Notes: generated by a model not told the origin, from the letters alone. A stretch of DNA of 64,000 bases from Candidatus Nanohaloarchaea archaeon (GCA_042218075.1 JBDGRK010000005.1:68716-132715), one strand, 5' to 3'. Counted from the first letter of the stretch, positions 50,277-60,069 are shown. Program-made: numbers and translations.

Positions 50277-50672
50277 TTAAGTTAAATCAGTTTCTATTGC
50301 TCTCAATTCTTCCTTAATAGTATTTAACCTTTTTCTGGCAGCCTCACTCTTATTCTCAATTTCATTTATTGCAGATTTAAGTTCTTCCACAGTCTTAATC
50401 GCATCCTGTTCATCGGCTATCATGCTCTTAACTTCGTTTCTATTAATACTTCCGCTCCTCAGAACGTTTCTGTTATCAACTTCCTCTATGTGACTATCTA
50501 AAAATTCAACTACTTCCGTCACATCTCCCATCACTTCCTTTGCGTCTGATTTCCAGATATCTATGAAACTTTGTATTGCGCCAATATACTCATCATTCAA
50601 TTTATCAAACTGACCATGAATCTTCCTGTTACCATTATAGACTTCCATCAACGGTTCTTTAGCCTGAGACAT
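50277..50672 (-). CDS. Hypothetical coiled-coil protein
   Basis: 131-aa ORF, AT-rich. Confidence 0.6.
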   Translation of the reverse strand: MSQAKEPLMEVYNGNRKIHGQFDKLNDEYIGAIQSFIDIWKSDAKEVMGDVTEVVEFLDSHIEEVDNRNVLRSGSINRNEVKSMIADEQDAIKTVEELKSAINEIENKSEAARKRLNTIKEELRAIETDLT

Positions 50673-50944
50673 AAAACATATTACGCTGTTTATTTATAAA
50701 AAACGTTGACAAAGAATTTTAGCAGAACTTTTTTGGATGTAATTTAGATAATCTTAAGATATCCTGGCGGGTCATAAAACTTCCAGAAACCAAGTAGATC
50801 ATCTCTAGGGAATTAAATATTTGAGCTTTATTATGTCGTGATAATTTTCATTCGAATAAAGTTTTTTAGCCTCTAATCCTAAATCCTCCATCCCTGATTT
50901 GAAGTTATAAATATATACATCAAAATAGCTAATCAAATTATAGT

Positions 50945-51610
50945 ATGAAACGTAGAAGATTATTGGGTCTTGCGGCCTCTGCGTCTGTATTATCAGGATG
51001 TAATGAAGCGAGGGAGCAGGATCAAGAACTGGAAACCCAGAAAACTGCTTCAAGCAATTCCACATCAGCTTTGGATCTGTCTCCTCCGAAAGACAGAAGT
51101 TATGAAGTAGCTCATGTCTCATGGCCCGATCCGATAAAAGATGCCGTGAATCGATTGGAAAAAGAGATAGATATCCACATATTTGAAGATAGAGAAATAC
51201 TGGCCAGGAAAAAAGGTTATACAGAGATCAGTAAAATGATCGGTCTGAAGCTGAGTGAAATCGATAAAGATATCTACGAAGTTGAGATATCCTTATCTGT
51301 GGATAAATCAGATTTTGATGACAACTTAGATTATAATCTAGGGCCTGTTTCGGCAAGAAACATTTTGCGACCGATTAACGTCATTTGTTATAATGAATTG
51401 AACGATATATGTTACGGAGACGAAGATGCAAAAAGTTTCGAACATGTCTTAGGTTCTCTCTCAATTCAGCTAAATGGATGGGAAAGAAGTTATGAAATCG
51501 AATATGCCATAGAAAGACTTGAAACAGACGAGTACTCACTCCAGGATTTTGTAAATTTCGATGACAGGAGAGAATTTGAAGAAATATTTCAGGCAAAGAT
51601 GGATGAATGA
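50945..51610 (+). CDS. Putative Tat-exported lipoprotein
   Basis: MKRRRLLGLAASASVLSGC: twin-arginine plus lipobox. Confidence 0.7.
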   Translation: MKRRRLLGLAASASVLSGCNEAREQDQELETQKTASSNSTSALDLSPPKDRSYEVAHVSWPDPIKDAVNRLEKEIDIHIFEDREILARKKGYTEISKMIGLKLSEIDKDIYEVEISLSVDKSDFDDNLDYNLGPVSARNILRPINVICYNELNDICYGDEDAKSFEHVLGSLSIQLNGWERSYEIEYAIERLETDEYSLQDFVNFDDRREFEEIFQAKMDE

Positions 51611-51830
51611 ATCAGCCGGGAAATATGAGCTTCACATTTAGGGAAGTTCGATTGAAACACACAAACTACTGTTTGAACTTTATGAACATCGTATACCTTT
51701 TAATCCATGATGTTTTGATCAAAATAAAACAAAAATTATTACCTGCCCATTGGGATATTGAGGTAAAAATGAGTGTGAATAATTAATGAACACTCATAAA
51801 ATTTTCTGACTTACACCAAAGAATCCCACC

Positions 51831-51996
51831 ACAAAGAAGGTATACAAGATACCTGCTGACCGACTCACTCGCCACCCGTGAAGAAAATATACCTTCTTTA
51901 TTATTACCCTTTTCCACCTCGCCTACCCAAGCCAGTTTACTGAGAAAGTGGTGAAAACGAGAATAAGATTGATTCTGATATACCTTCTTTATTATT
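51831..51996. repeat. Three copies of the TATACCTTCTTT box (one inverted, two direct 19-mers)
   Basis: ATATACCTTCTTTATTATT at 51887-51905 and 51978-51996; inverted ACAAAGAAGGTATA at 51831-51844. Confidence 0.75.
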
Positions 51997-52050
51997 TGAT
52001 ATTGGCCAAGATTCTGAAGAATTGGCTAAAAAATAGTAAAAGAAATTATA

Positions 52051-52689
52051 ATGTTTTCAGAGAGAATTGATATTATGTCTGCTCAAAGTCCGACCGAAGA
52101 ACTTCTCGATGATATAAGAAATCTAGAAGATGATATCGAAGGGCTAGAGAACCAATATCGCAATCTGAACCACTCTATACCTTTATACCTGCAGAAACTC
52201 GCAAAAGGAATGAGAAAGCATGAAAGAACTTTAATTGACAAAAAAAATAGAAAAACTGTGATTGGCTATAGAAAAGGTATTATAGAAGTTTTAGAAATTG
52301 TAAAGGAACTTTATAGGAATAATAATTATCATATAATGCTTAGACAAGTCCAAGACTTGACATGTTCGATTCAAAAACATGAAAACTTTAGTTCGGATCT
52401 GCAAAAGTTGTTAGAACATTTTTCAGCCAAAGAGATAGACAAATTCATCAATACAAACAGAGCGAAACTGTTGGATATAGGCAGAGAAGAAGGCTATAAT
52501 GTGGAAATTCCGCGACTTATTCTGAATAAATCTGAAACAATGCGAAATACAGCAGAAAAGCTGGGAGAAAAGGGAAAAAAATCCGAGGCAGAAGGTTTAC
52601 TTATAATTGGAGCTCTACTTCTGAAGGCGCTAGAGAATTTATATGAGGATAAATGTGGCCAATATATTTTGAAAGAATTAGCCGCATAA
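52051..52689 (+). CDS. Hypothetical protein (non-halophilic composition)
   Basis: 212 aa, AT-rich and K-rich; start may be ATG 52075. Confidence 0.6.
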   Translation: MFSERIDIMSAQSPTEELLDDIRNLEDDIEGLENQYRNLNHSIPLYLQKLAKGMRKHERTLIDKKNRKTVIGYRKGIIEVLEIVKELYRNNNYHIMLRQVQDLTCSIQKHENFSSDLQKLLEHFSAKEIDKFINTNRAKLLDIGREEGYNVEIPRLILNKSETMRNTAEKLGEKGKKSEAEGLLIIGALLLKALENLYEDKCGQYILKELAA

Positions 52690-52918
52690 AGCTTCTGAAG
52701 AGTAAAAATTGGAAAAGTGGGAAAAATAGATAAAGGTTGTTCGTTAAATTATAACACTCATTGATCGAATAAACTACTAACTAGTTAGAACGATATTTTT
52801 AAAATAACTTTGAATGTTCAATATAGTTAAACATAATATTGTTCAGATTCTATGCACACTCAAGTACGCTGTGAGTTTTCAGAGAGGATTTATCAGTATA
52901 ATTTCTGAATAATCAGGT

Positions 52919-53187
52919 GTGAAGCGAGTAGATACCACCTTCCCGGAGGAGAACAGGGATGAAGTAGAGGAAGTGCTCGGGGATTAAGGTGAGAAGAAGG
53001 CTGTGTTCAGTGAGGTTGAGAGGAGGGGAAGGATTTCCTGAGATGCGAGATCGTATGGAAGTCGACGGAGATAGACGAGTTGATAGAGGAGATTGAAGGA
53101 TTTATAGAGATAGAGTCAGGCGACCTGCTGGTCGAGGTTCTGGAGCAGACTACTTGAATCGAGAAGGGAAAGAGCCACAGGGTTTAA
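52919..53187 (+). pseudogene. Degraded gene fragment (resembles the N-terminus of TIGR00341/DUF389-type proteins)
   Basis: MKRVDTTFPEENRDEVEEVLGD*GEKK... host-like codon usage with in-frame stops and a frameshift. Confidence 0.4.
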
Positions 53188-53212
53188 ATATTAGAAAGCA
53201 AATAGATGAAAT

Positions 53213-53734
53213 ATGTCTAAAATCTTTGAGGAGATGACCGGGTACCAGCTGATGATAGTCTGGGGTGCCGCCGTTGTCGCGGGATGGCTGGGTTCCCAGA
53301 TTCTGGCTTCCACGGGCTACTTTGGCGCGAACACCGTGCTTGCGATAACCACTCTGTGGCTGATCGGTGCGCTGATACCAGTGATAGCTTCATACCTGTG
53401 GACCCGGGAAAACGATTTCGAGTGGATCCTGGCTATCTGGCCGGCTGTAGGAGTTGCAGGGATACTGGCAACGTACGCAGTGGCGCTCAACTACCTGACA
53501 GTCAACCCGATGCACATGTACGGTACTTTCTGGTTCGTGGCTCCGGCTGTTGGATTTCTTGCTACGGTTTACTACGTAGATGACTGGAGCAGAAATCTCT
53601 ATCTTGGCGCTGCTTTACTGAACCTTGGGGGGGCATACGCTCTGCTACAGGTTCCATCCTTCGCTACCTACTACTACACGTTCGCTGCGGTAGCACAGGG
53701 AGTGCCGATGCTGGTGCACGGTTACAGGGGCTAG
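53213..53734 (+). CDS. Multi-pass membrane protein
   Basis: 173 aa, about 6 TM helices. Confidence 0.75.
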   Translation: MSKIFEEMTGYQLMIVWGAAVVAGWLGSQILASTGYFGANTVLAITTLWLIGALIPVIASYLWTRENDFEWILAIWPAVGVAGILATYAVALNYLTVNPMHMYGTFWFVAPAVGFLATVYYVDDWSRNLYLGAALLNLGGAYALLQVPSFATYYYTFAAVAQGVPMLVHGYRG

Positions 53735-53820
53735 AACCGCTGGAGAATTTTTACTTTTTCTTTTTTCTTGATAACCACTCTATTTAAATAGATAGGAGAT
53801 TAGTGGTTTGACGTGGTAGA

Positions 53821-54018
53821 ATGGAGTTTTCTGTATCAAAGATGAAGGAAATGATCAAAAATGAAGGCGACAAGAGGGTGTCAGAGGAGGCCGCAGAACA
53901 CCTTGGAGATCTCCTGGAGATGTTCGCGGGCGATGTGGCAGAGGAGGCAATAGCGGTCGCCAGAGACGATAACAGGAAGACTGTGAGAGCCGATGACGTC
54001 AGGGAGGCATTAAACTGA
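53821..54018 (+). CDS. Second archaeal histone
   Basis: KRVSEEA...A....RKTVRADDV histone-fold pattern. Confidence 0.88.
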   Translation: MEFSVSKMKEMIKNEGDKRVSEEAAEHLGDLLEMFAGDVAEEAIAVARDDNRKTVRADDVREALN

Positions 54019-54075
54019 GTTTTCGAATTTTCACGCATCGCCACGGATTTAAGTTTTCCATCTCAACTGTTTTCT

Positions 54076-55071
54076 ATGGAGCAGGAACAAATAATCGAAA
54101 AGATAGTTGAAGAGACAGAGCTTGAAGAGGAAGAAGTAGAGGAAAAAGTGGAGGAAAAGATGGAAGAATTCGAGGGGCTGGTGTCAGAGGAAGGCGCCGT
54201 CCACCTTGTTGCGAAAGAAGCAGGAGTTCAACTCGCGGAGACCTCGAGCCAGGACCTGAAGGTGGATAACATCGTCCCGGAGATGAGAAAGGTTAACATC
54301 AAGGCAAGAATAGTCGACATATCCGATGTAAATACCTTCGAGAGGGACGATGGAGACGAGGGAAAGGTTCAGAACATAGTTCTGGGAGATGATACCGGAA
54401 CGATTAGACTCACGCTATGGGACGAGCAGACAGAGATAGCGGAGAAAGTTGAAGAAGGGGATGCTATAAGCATATCAGGAGCCTACTCGGTGGAGGACAA
54501 CCAGGGAAGAGCCGAATTGAGGCTGGGAGACTCGGCCCAGGTTAAGATGGCGGAGGAAGATGAAGTCCCAGAAGTAGAGAGTTCAGGAAGCATGGATACC
54601 ACCGAGGCAGATATACGAGAAGTAAGATCTGAAAACGCCAGCTACGAGGTAGAAGGAATGATAGTGGATGTCTATACCAGCAACCCCTTCTACTCTACAT
54701 GCCCGGAATGCGGATCGACCGTGAGGGAAAACGATGATGGAGAGTTTGTCTGCGAGGAAGACGGAGAGGTTGAGCCTGACAAGGCGCTGGCAGTGTCGGC
54801 TGTGATCGATGATGGAACTGATAATATCAGGACTGTATTCTTCAGGGATCGTGCCAGGGATCTACTTGGCGTTGAAGAGAAGCAGGAGAAGGAAGGAGAC
54901 AAGGAAGCAGTCGAGAAAGGAGCCGAGGAGACTATTGGGAAAAAGCTGCGGCTGGAGGGAAGGACTCGCTACAACGATTACTTCGGCACTCTGGAGATAC
55001 TGGCAAATGGATTCGAGGAAATTGATACGGTAGATCAGATCAAGGAAATGCTGGAGACACTCAAGGCATGA
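54076..55071 (+). CDS. rpa: Replication protein A (OB-fold ssDNA-binding, zinc finger)
   Basis: GDDTGTIRLTLW, CPEC...C, DDGTDNIRTVFF; directly upstream of radA. Confidence 0.85.
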   Translation: MEQEQIIEKIVEETELEEEEVEEKVEEKMEEFEGLVSEEGAVHLVAKEAGVQLAETSSQDLKVDNIVPEMRKVNIKARIVDISDVNTFERDDGDEGKVQNIVLGDDTGTIRLTLWDEQTEIAEKVEEGDAISISGAYSVEDNQGRAELRLGDSAQVKMAEEDEVPEVESSGSMDTTEADIREVRSENASYEVEGMIVDVYTSNPFYSTCPECGSTVRENDDGEFVCEEDGEVEPDKALAVSAVIDDGTDNIRTVFFRDRARDLLGVEEKQEKEGDKEAVEKGAEETIGKKLRLEGRTRYNDYFGTLEILANGFEEIDTVDQIKEMLETLKA

Positions 55072-55138
55072 CCCAAGCACTAAAAAGATTAAAAAGTATT
55101 TTACAGTTTAGAAGATCTTTAAACGAGGCAAAGATACT

Positions 55139-56089
55139 ATGACAGAAGAAAAAGAGGTAGAACTCGAGGACTTGAAAGGAGTTGGAAGCAAAACAGCGGA
55201 AAAGCTGCGGGAAGCAGGATATGACGACCTGATGTCGATCGCAACAATGAGCTCCGGAGACCTTGGTGAAGTTGCGGATCTTGGCGATAAGAAGGCCCAG
55301 AAGATTATTACAGCGGCCAGACAGGAGCTCGACATAGGATTCCAGACCGGGAAGCAGAAGTACGAGACCAGGAAGGATATGGGAAGGATATCCACGGGAT
55401 CGGATAACCTGAACGAGGTGCTCGGCGGAGGAGTTGAGACCCAGGCCATAACCGAATTCTACGGGGAGTACGGCTCCGCGAAGACCCAGATCTCTCACCA
55501 GCTATCCGTCAACGTCCAGATGCCGGAAGAGGAAGGCGGACTGGAGAAAGGCGTGGTTTACATCGATACCGAAGACACGTTTATTCCTGAAAGAGTGGAG
55601 CAGATGGCCGATGACACAGGGCTTGAGGCGGAAGAGGTTCTGGACAACATCCACGTCGCCAGAGCGTACAACTCCGACCACCAGGTGCTGCTTGCTGAGG
55701 AGGCACAGGATATCTGCCAGCAGCAGGACATCGGCCTGATAGTCGTTGATTCATTGACCTCACAGTTCCGGGCAGATTACGTGGGCAGGGGCGAACTCGC
55801 GCCGAGACAGCAGAAGCTTAACAGGCACATGAACACTCTTCTGAGGCTAGCTAACTCCCACAACGCCGCTGTAGTTGTAACCAACCAGGTTATGAGCAAT
55901 CCCGACCAGATGTTCGGTGATCCGACAAAGGCGATAGGAGGACACATCGTGGCTCACAACTCGGCTATAAGAGTCTACCTCAGGAAGGGAAAAAAGGACA
56001 AGAGAGTCGCCCGACTGGTGGACTCGCCCTACATGCCGGAGGCAGAGGCCGTCTTCAAGGTGAAGGATGAAGGGATAATTGATGGGTAA
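55139..56089 (+). CDS. radA: DNA repair and recombination protein RadA
   Basis: HhH N-domain, GGGVETQAITE, GEYGSAKT, YIDTE, GRGELA.RQQ, DSPYMPEAE. Confidence 0.96.
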   Translation: MTEEKEVELEDLKGVGSKTAEKLREAGYDDLMSIATMSSGDLGEVADLGDKKAQKIITAARQELDIGFQTGKQKYETRKDMGRISTGSDNLNEVLGGGVETQAITEFYGEYGSAKTQISHQLSVNVQMPEEEGGLEKGVVYIDTEDTFIPERVEQMADDTGLEAEEVLDNIHVARAYNSDHQVLLAEEAQDICQQQDIGLIVVDSLTSQFRADYVGRGELAPRQQKLNRHMNTLLRLANSHNAAVVVTNQVMSNPDQMFGDPTKAIGGHIVAHNSAIRVYLRKGKKDKRVARLVDSPYMPEAEAVFKVKDEGIIDG

Positions 56090-56098
56090 TTGAATCAA

Positions 56099-56593
56099 TT
56101 ATGAGGAAATGAGTTCTGCTAATTCTTCTGCGCTCATTCCCTTTATTTCCTCTTTAAACTCATCTCTAGACCAATCCTTGTCGGCCTTTGAAGGAAACTC
56201 TATATCAGATTCCTTGCGAGCTTGATTCAAAGATTCCCTTTTTTGACTAAGGGCCTGATGAACATCTTGAATCGTAGATGCCTCTTGCTCAAGTTTTTCA
56301 ATTTTCTGGACTATATCATAAACCTCTTCAGCAACTACATGTAACAGAGCATTAAAAATGTCATATTGTTTGGCAATTTCCTTTCTTTCCTTGTTATTAA
56401 CTCTTCTCTCAGTTCTTAATCTATTCTCAAGGCTTTCAACACGATGTAATTCGTCCTTTAGAATTTCTGCCTTCTTCAATGCATCTCCTTCTTCACGAGC
56501 TAGAGATTCATGCTTCTCTCTTAAATTTTCAAGGTGTCTCTCTAGTTCATTCACATTTCCCTCAAAAGCATCTTCAATATCATCTATTCCCAT
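56099..56593 (-). CDS. Hypothetical coiled-coil protein
   Basis: 164 aa with heptad pattern. Confidence 0.65.
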   Translation of the reverse strand: MGIDDIEDAFEGNVNELERHLENLREKHESLAREEGDALKKAEILKDELHRVESLENRLRTERRVNNKERKEIAKQYDIFNALLHVVAEEVYDIVQKIEKLEQEASTIQDVHQALSQKRESLNQARKESDIEFPSKADKDWSRDEFKEEIKGMSAEELAELISS

Positions 56594-56602
56594 TTTTTCA
56601 CC

Positions 56603-56863
56603 TCAGACTATATCGTCTTCGCTCACGATAACAAAATCTCCTATGCTTCTTACTGCGGAGAAAGGAATGATGTTTCTGCCCTTCCGGTCTTCCTGGAGTT
56701 TTACTTCATCGATATGCTCTGTAGTACCGGATATCAGTAGGTTCATGAGTTCTCCCGTGTCGGCCACAAAGGAAATATCGTTGACCTCTCCATACTTTTT
56801 GCCGTGTTCTTCGGAAACAATCGTCTTGCCGACCAGTTGAGAGCCTCGGGGTCTGTCCGCCAT
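56603..56863 (-). CDS. PRC-barrel domain protein (CdpB-like, possible cell division role)
   Basis: LVGKTIVSEEHGKKYGEVNDI...IPFSAVRSIGDFVIV. Confidence 0.85.
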   Translation of the reverse strand: MADRPRGSQLVGKTIVSEEHGKKYGEVNDISFVADTGELMNLLISGTTEHIDEVKLQEDRKGRNIIPFSAVRSIGDFVIVSEDDIV

Positions 56864-56914
56864 TTAATCTTACCTCGTGTAAAACTTTTAGCACCTGATC
56901 ATTAAAAACTTAAC

Positions 56915-57451
56915 ATGGTGAGAGCCTTCACCGCCGTGGAAATCAGCGACCGGGATTTACTTGAAGAGCTTTCAAGGGTAAGGGACAGACTTGACCTAGG
57001 TTTTTCCCCAGTCGAGGCTGGAAAAATGCACATGACTCTGGAGTTCTTCAGTGATATAGATCAGGAAGAGCTGGAAAAAGTCAAAGAATCGATGGACCAG
57101 GTTTCGATAGGAGGTTTCAATGGCGAGGTAAGAGGGGTTGGATGTTTTCCCAACAGGGACTACATCAGGGTAGTCTGGGCAGGTGTAGAGTCGGAGAAGA
57201 TTTACGATCTAGAACGCAAAGTATCTGATAACGGTGTTGTATCCGACAACGATCACGATTTTCATCCGCACGTCACTCTAATGAGAGTAAAAAATATAAG
57301 TCAGAAACAGAAAAACAAGTTACAGAGAAGTCTTAGAGAGTTTGAAGACCATTACATCGGCGAAATAGAGATAAAGCGTCTGAAACTTTTCAAGTCAGAG
57401 TTTAAAGGCGGTGAATCTGTATATACGGAATTGCACAGCTCCAGGATCTGA
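56915..57451 (+). CDS. thpR: RNA 2',3'-cyclic phosphodiesterase (2H family)
   Basis: RAFTAV, HMTL and HVTL motifs, RVVWAG. Confidence 0.92.
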   Translation: MVRAFTAVEISDRDLLEELSRVRDRLDLGFSPVEAGKMHMTLEFFSDIDQEELEKVKESMDQVSIGGFNGEVRGVGCFPNRDYIRVVWAGVESEKIYDLERKVSDNGVVSDNDHDFHPHVTLMRVKNISQKQKNKLQRSLREFEDHYIGEIEIKRLKLFKSEFKGGESVYTELHSSRI

Positions 57452-57792
57452 AGCACCGAGAGCTCTACTTTCTGTCCCTAATTTTCGCAGCAGTTGGAAT
57501 AACGGTTCTGTATTTTACTACCGTGTGGATGGAACCGGAAAAAGTGAGAGTTGACGAGATCAAAACATCTATGGTGGGGGACGTCGTGGGGGTCAGTGGA
57601 GAGGTCGCCAACTACAGTTATTATGGCGGGAACAGTTTCTTTCAGCTGAAAGACGGGAATTCAAGCATCAAGGCTGTTCAATTCGATTCTGAGAAAAGGC
57701 TGGAGGAAGGTAAAGAAGTAAGAGTTAAGGGCGAACTGGCTATTTACAAGGGGAAGATGGAGATAATCGTGGATTCTGTAGAGAAGAAATAG
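57448..57792 (+). CDS. Membrane-anchored OB-fold protein, probable CTG start
   Basis: OB fold (F.LKDG..SIKAV.F, YKGKMEI); the frame extends upstream through a TM helix to a CTG overlapping the thpR TGA. Confidence 0.65.
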   Translation: MKHRELYFLSLIFAAVGITVLYFTTVWMEPEKVRVDEIKTSMVGDVVGVSGEVANYSYYGGNSFFQLKDGNSSIKAVQFDSEKRLEEGKEVRVKGELAIYKGKMEIIVDSVEKK

Positions 57793-57821
57793 TTTTAACG
57801 ATCATACTCTCATCCGGAATT

Positions 57822-58208
57822 ATGCTGCTCTACCTTGTTATAATCCTACTGGCGCTCCCATTCCTAGACCTCTATATCCTGATCCAGGCAGCGGACTTTA
57901 TCGGAATTGTCCCGACACTGGGCCTGATACTTGCTACAGGTTTGATCGGTGCAGCGATCCTGAAGCGGGAGATGGAAAGGGTGGGCAGAAAACTTTTCAC
58001 ATCGGTAACTGCCAGGGAGATTTCAAGAAACATGCTGGAAGGTTTTCTTCTACTGGTGGGCGGAATAATGCTTCTGACTCCTGGCTTTTTAACAGATTTT
58101 ACCGGTTTTTTGCTGCTTGTGAGGCCTCTCAGGGTTAAGCTGATGCTGAGGATCGAGGAAAAACTGGAGAACAGCTCTAACGTCAGTGTGCAGGTCGGAA
58201 CTATTTAG
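57822..58208 (+). CDS. fxsA: FxsA family membrane protein
   Basis: GGIMLLTPGFLTDFTG motif. Confidence 0.85.
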   Translation: MLLYLVIILLALPFLDLYILIQAADFIGIVPTLGLILATGLIGAAILKREMERVGRKLFTSVTAREISRNMLEGFLLLVGGIMLLTPGFLTDFTGFLLLVRPLRVKLMLRIEEKLENSSNVSVQVGTI

Positions 58209-58899
58209 CTCGATAAGAAATTATGAATGAAGCGGCGAAGACCGCCAGGCCAAGCTCTGAGGGAACGCTAAATCCGTATAGCGACATTGCTATCAGCAAG
58301 AGTACAATAGAGGAACCCTTTCTTATGTAATCGAGCTCCAGGCCTGAGATATTAATTCTGGCCGCGAGATACAGTGCAGCAAGCGAAATAATCGAAGTCA
58401 ATAGCGCCGGCATTACGTATTCAAAACTGAACTGGAGAGAGCCCGGGTTCTTTACTGATAGCATCAGTCCGGTCACAAGTATGGCCGGAACGGAGAGTTT
58501 ATCCGCCAGCCTGAGCTCTGACAATTTCATTGCTATCGAAATCAGCGCAAGCCCGGCCGCGTATCTAAATCTCTGGATGTGGAACAGCTGCTCGTAGATC
58601 GGCGCCACAAGAGACACTATCAGGGCTCCCAGTAGAAGGTATGGAGCTGCCTGCTTCACCATATATATTGCTTCTTCAGTGTCTCTTGAACAGGAGTAAA
58701 GAACTGCGAGCGTTCCAGCACCTGTGAAAACTGTAAGTGAAATCGCTACAACATCGGAGAAAGTCTCCATCGCTCCAGTGACGAGTAAAGTGGCGAAAAC
58801 TCCATCGATAAGAGGGAGGCAGAGTATAAATATCAGTCTCCTCGTATCGTGATCCGGCAAGTGCCGTGAAGCGCCGTCCCTGTACTCCTCCAGAACCAT
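58201..58899 (-). CDS. Multi-pass membrane protein (DUF5794-like, possible transporter)
   Basis: LPLIDGVFATL motif, about 8 TM helices; ATG 58899. Confidence 0.7.
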   Translation of the reverse strand: MVLEEYRDGASRHLPDHDTRRLIFILCLPLIDGVFATLLVTGAMETFSDVVAISLTVFTGAGTLAVLYSCSRDTEEAIYMVKQAAPYLLLGALIVSLVAPIYEQLFHIQRFRYAAGLALISIAMKLSELRLADKLSVPAILVTGLMLSVKNPGSLQFSFEYVMPALLTSIISLAALYLAARINISGLELDYIRKGSSIVLLLIAMSLYGFSVPSELGLAVFAASFIISYRAK

Positions 58900-58941
58900 G
58901 CAGAAAACCTCATACGAGAACGGCTCTGGAACCAAGCAACT

Positions 58942-59049
58942 CTATTTCCAGTTAAACTTGGTTCCTGTAAACTTCAGAAAGAACTTCTTGGATACTTCAG
59001 CAGCTGTCGGGATTGATACAGTAACCGAATTCAGGACAGCTGCTCGCAT
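58942..59049 (-). CDS. Putative Lys/Phe-rich leader peptide (MRAAVLNSVTVSIPTAAEVSKKFFLKFTGTKFNWK)
   Basis: ATG about 23 nt after a TTAAATA TATA-like box; 5 Lys and 4 Phe in the last 15 codons; stop lies inside a 9-bp hairpin. Confidence 0.55.
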   Translation of the reverse strand: MRAAVLNSVTVSIPTAAEVSKKFFLKFTGTKFNWK

Positions 59050-59072
59050 ATTAATTTTCATTTAGCTAAAAT

Positions 59073-60038
59073 CTATTTAAAGTCTTTCTCGAGAAAAATT
59101 GGATCGCCTTCATCAAGAACCTTCTCACCGTCAAACCATACAGTGGGATCTTTACAGATAGCATCCCAGTGTAGATCACACGGGTTTCTTTCCTTCCTAC
59201 CTTCCTGAACGTAACTAGTGTTGTCCCCGAAGGCTATATGCACAGTGCCAAGCACCTTCTCATCCTGCAACACATTTCCTATCAAAGTTGCTTCAGGATT
59301 TGTTCCAAAACCAAATTCTGCAATCTTTTTTGAGCACGGCATTTGATTGAATTTCTGCTCCAGATTGGATTTCTTCTCATTTTCGTTCTCTATAGATACG
59401 ACTACACCATCTTCTATCTCCACTTTCCTAGCTTCCGGAGAGAAAGGGAAATGATCTAAAAATAGAGTGCCACTTATTCCCTCAGGATAACCGTTTGGTT
59501 CCCCATCAGGCAGATTGGAGCATTTACCCGGCTTCTTTATCATACCCTCGCTTTGATGATATGTTTCAATATCCACCCTGAAGCTGAGATCTGTTCCCGA
59601 AGGAGTTTCTATCCTTACTTTTTCTGTAACCTCCAGCAGTTCATAGACTTTTCGAGTAATCCTTGAAATTTCCCCGTAATCAGCCTGGAGAGATGAATTC
59701 CATATTTTTTTGGATATTTTCGGCATTGATGCCATTCTGGCCCCAGCCTCACAGGCTTTACCTGTTGCATCTGTATGGGTTAAAGACTTCAGAGTTGGAG
59801 CTATAATTACGTCAACCTCTCTCATCCTTTCCGCAACTCTCTCCGGAGGTTCCTCGCCTTGATTTCCCAGCTCCTCGTACTCCAGCAGCTCGTACTCAGC
59901 ACCGTTATCTTCCAGTACTTCAAGTAGCGCGTCTATCAAATCCTGGTCGTTCCCATCGTTCAGGACAAGAACTTCTTCTTCCGGCTGTATCTTCAGGCAC
60001 TGGTCAACTACAGTTTCGGCTCCCTCTATGAGAGACAT
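59073..60038 (-). CDS. Aminopeptidase (M29/AmpT-like)
   Basis: NLPDGE, IAEFGFGTNP, DEKVLGTVHIAFG, HWD. Confidence 0.85.
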   Translation of the reverse strand: MSLIEGAETVVDQCLKIQPEEEVLVLNDGNDQDLIDALLEVLEDNGAEYELLEYEELGNQGEEPPERVAERMREVDVIIAPTLKSLTHTDATGKACEAGARMASMPKISKKIWNSSLQADYGEISRITRKVYELLEVTEKVRIETPSGTDLSFRVDIETYHQSEGMIKKPGKCSNLPDGEPNGYPEGISGTLFLDHFPFSPEARKVEIEDGVVVSIENENEKKSNLEQKFNQMPCSKKIAEFGFGTNPEATLIGNVLQDEKVLGTVHIAFGDNTSYVQEGRKERNPCDLHWDAICKDPTVWFDGEKVLDEGDPIFLEKDFK

Positions 60039-60069
60039 AAATACTGTTGAAGAAAACAGACTTTAATTC

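Noticed and set aside
51831-51996. 19-bp direct repeats as a CRISPR array
   Set aside because: Only two direct copies 72 nt apart plus an inverted copy; repeat too short; no cas genes
55461-55487. RadA Walker A variant GEYGSAKT as inactivating
   Set aside because: Lys-Thr and all other motifs are intact; a conservative substitution
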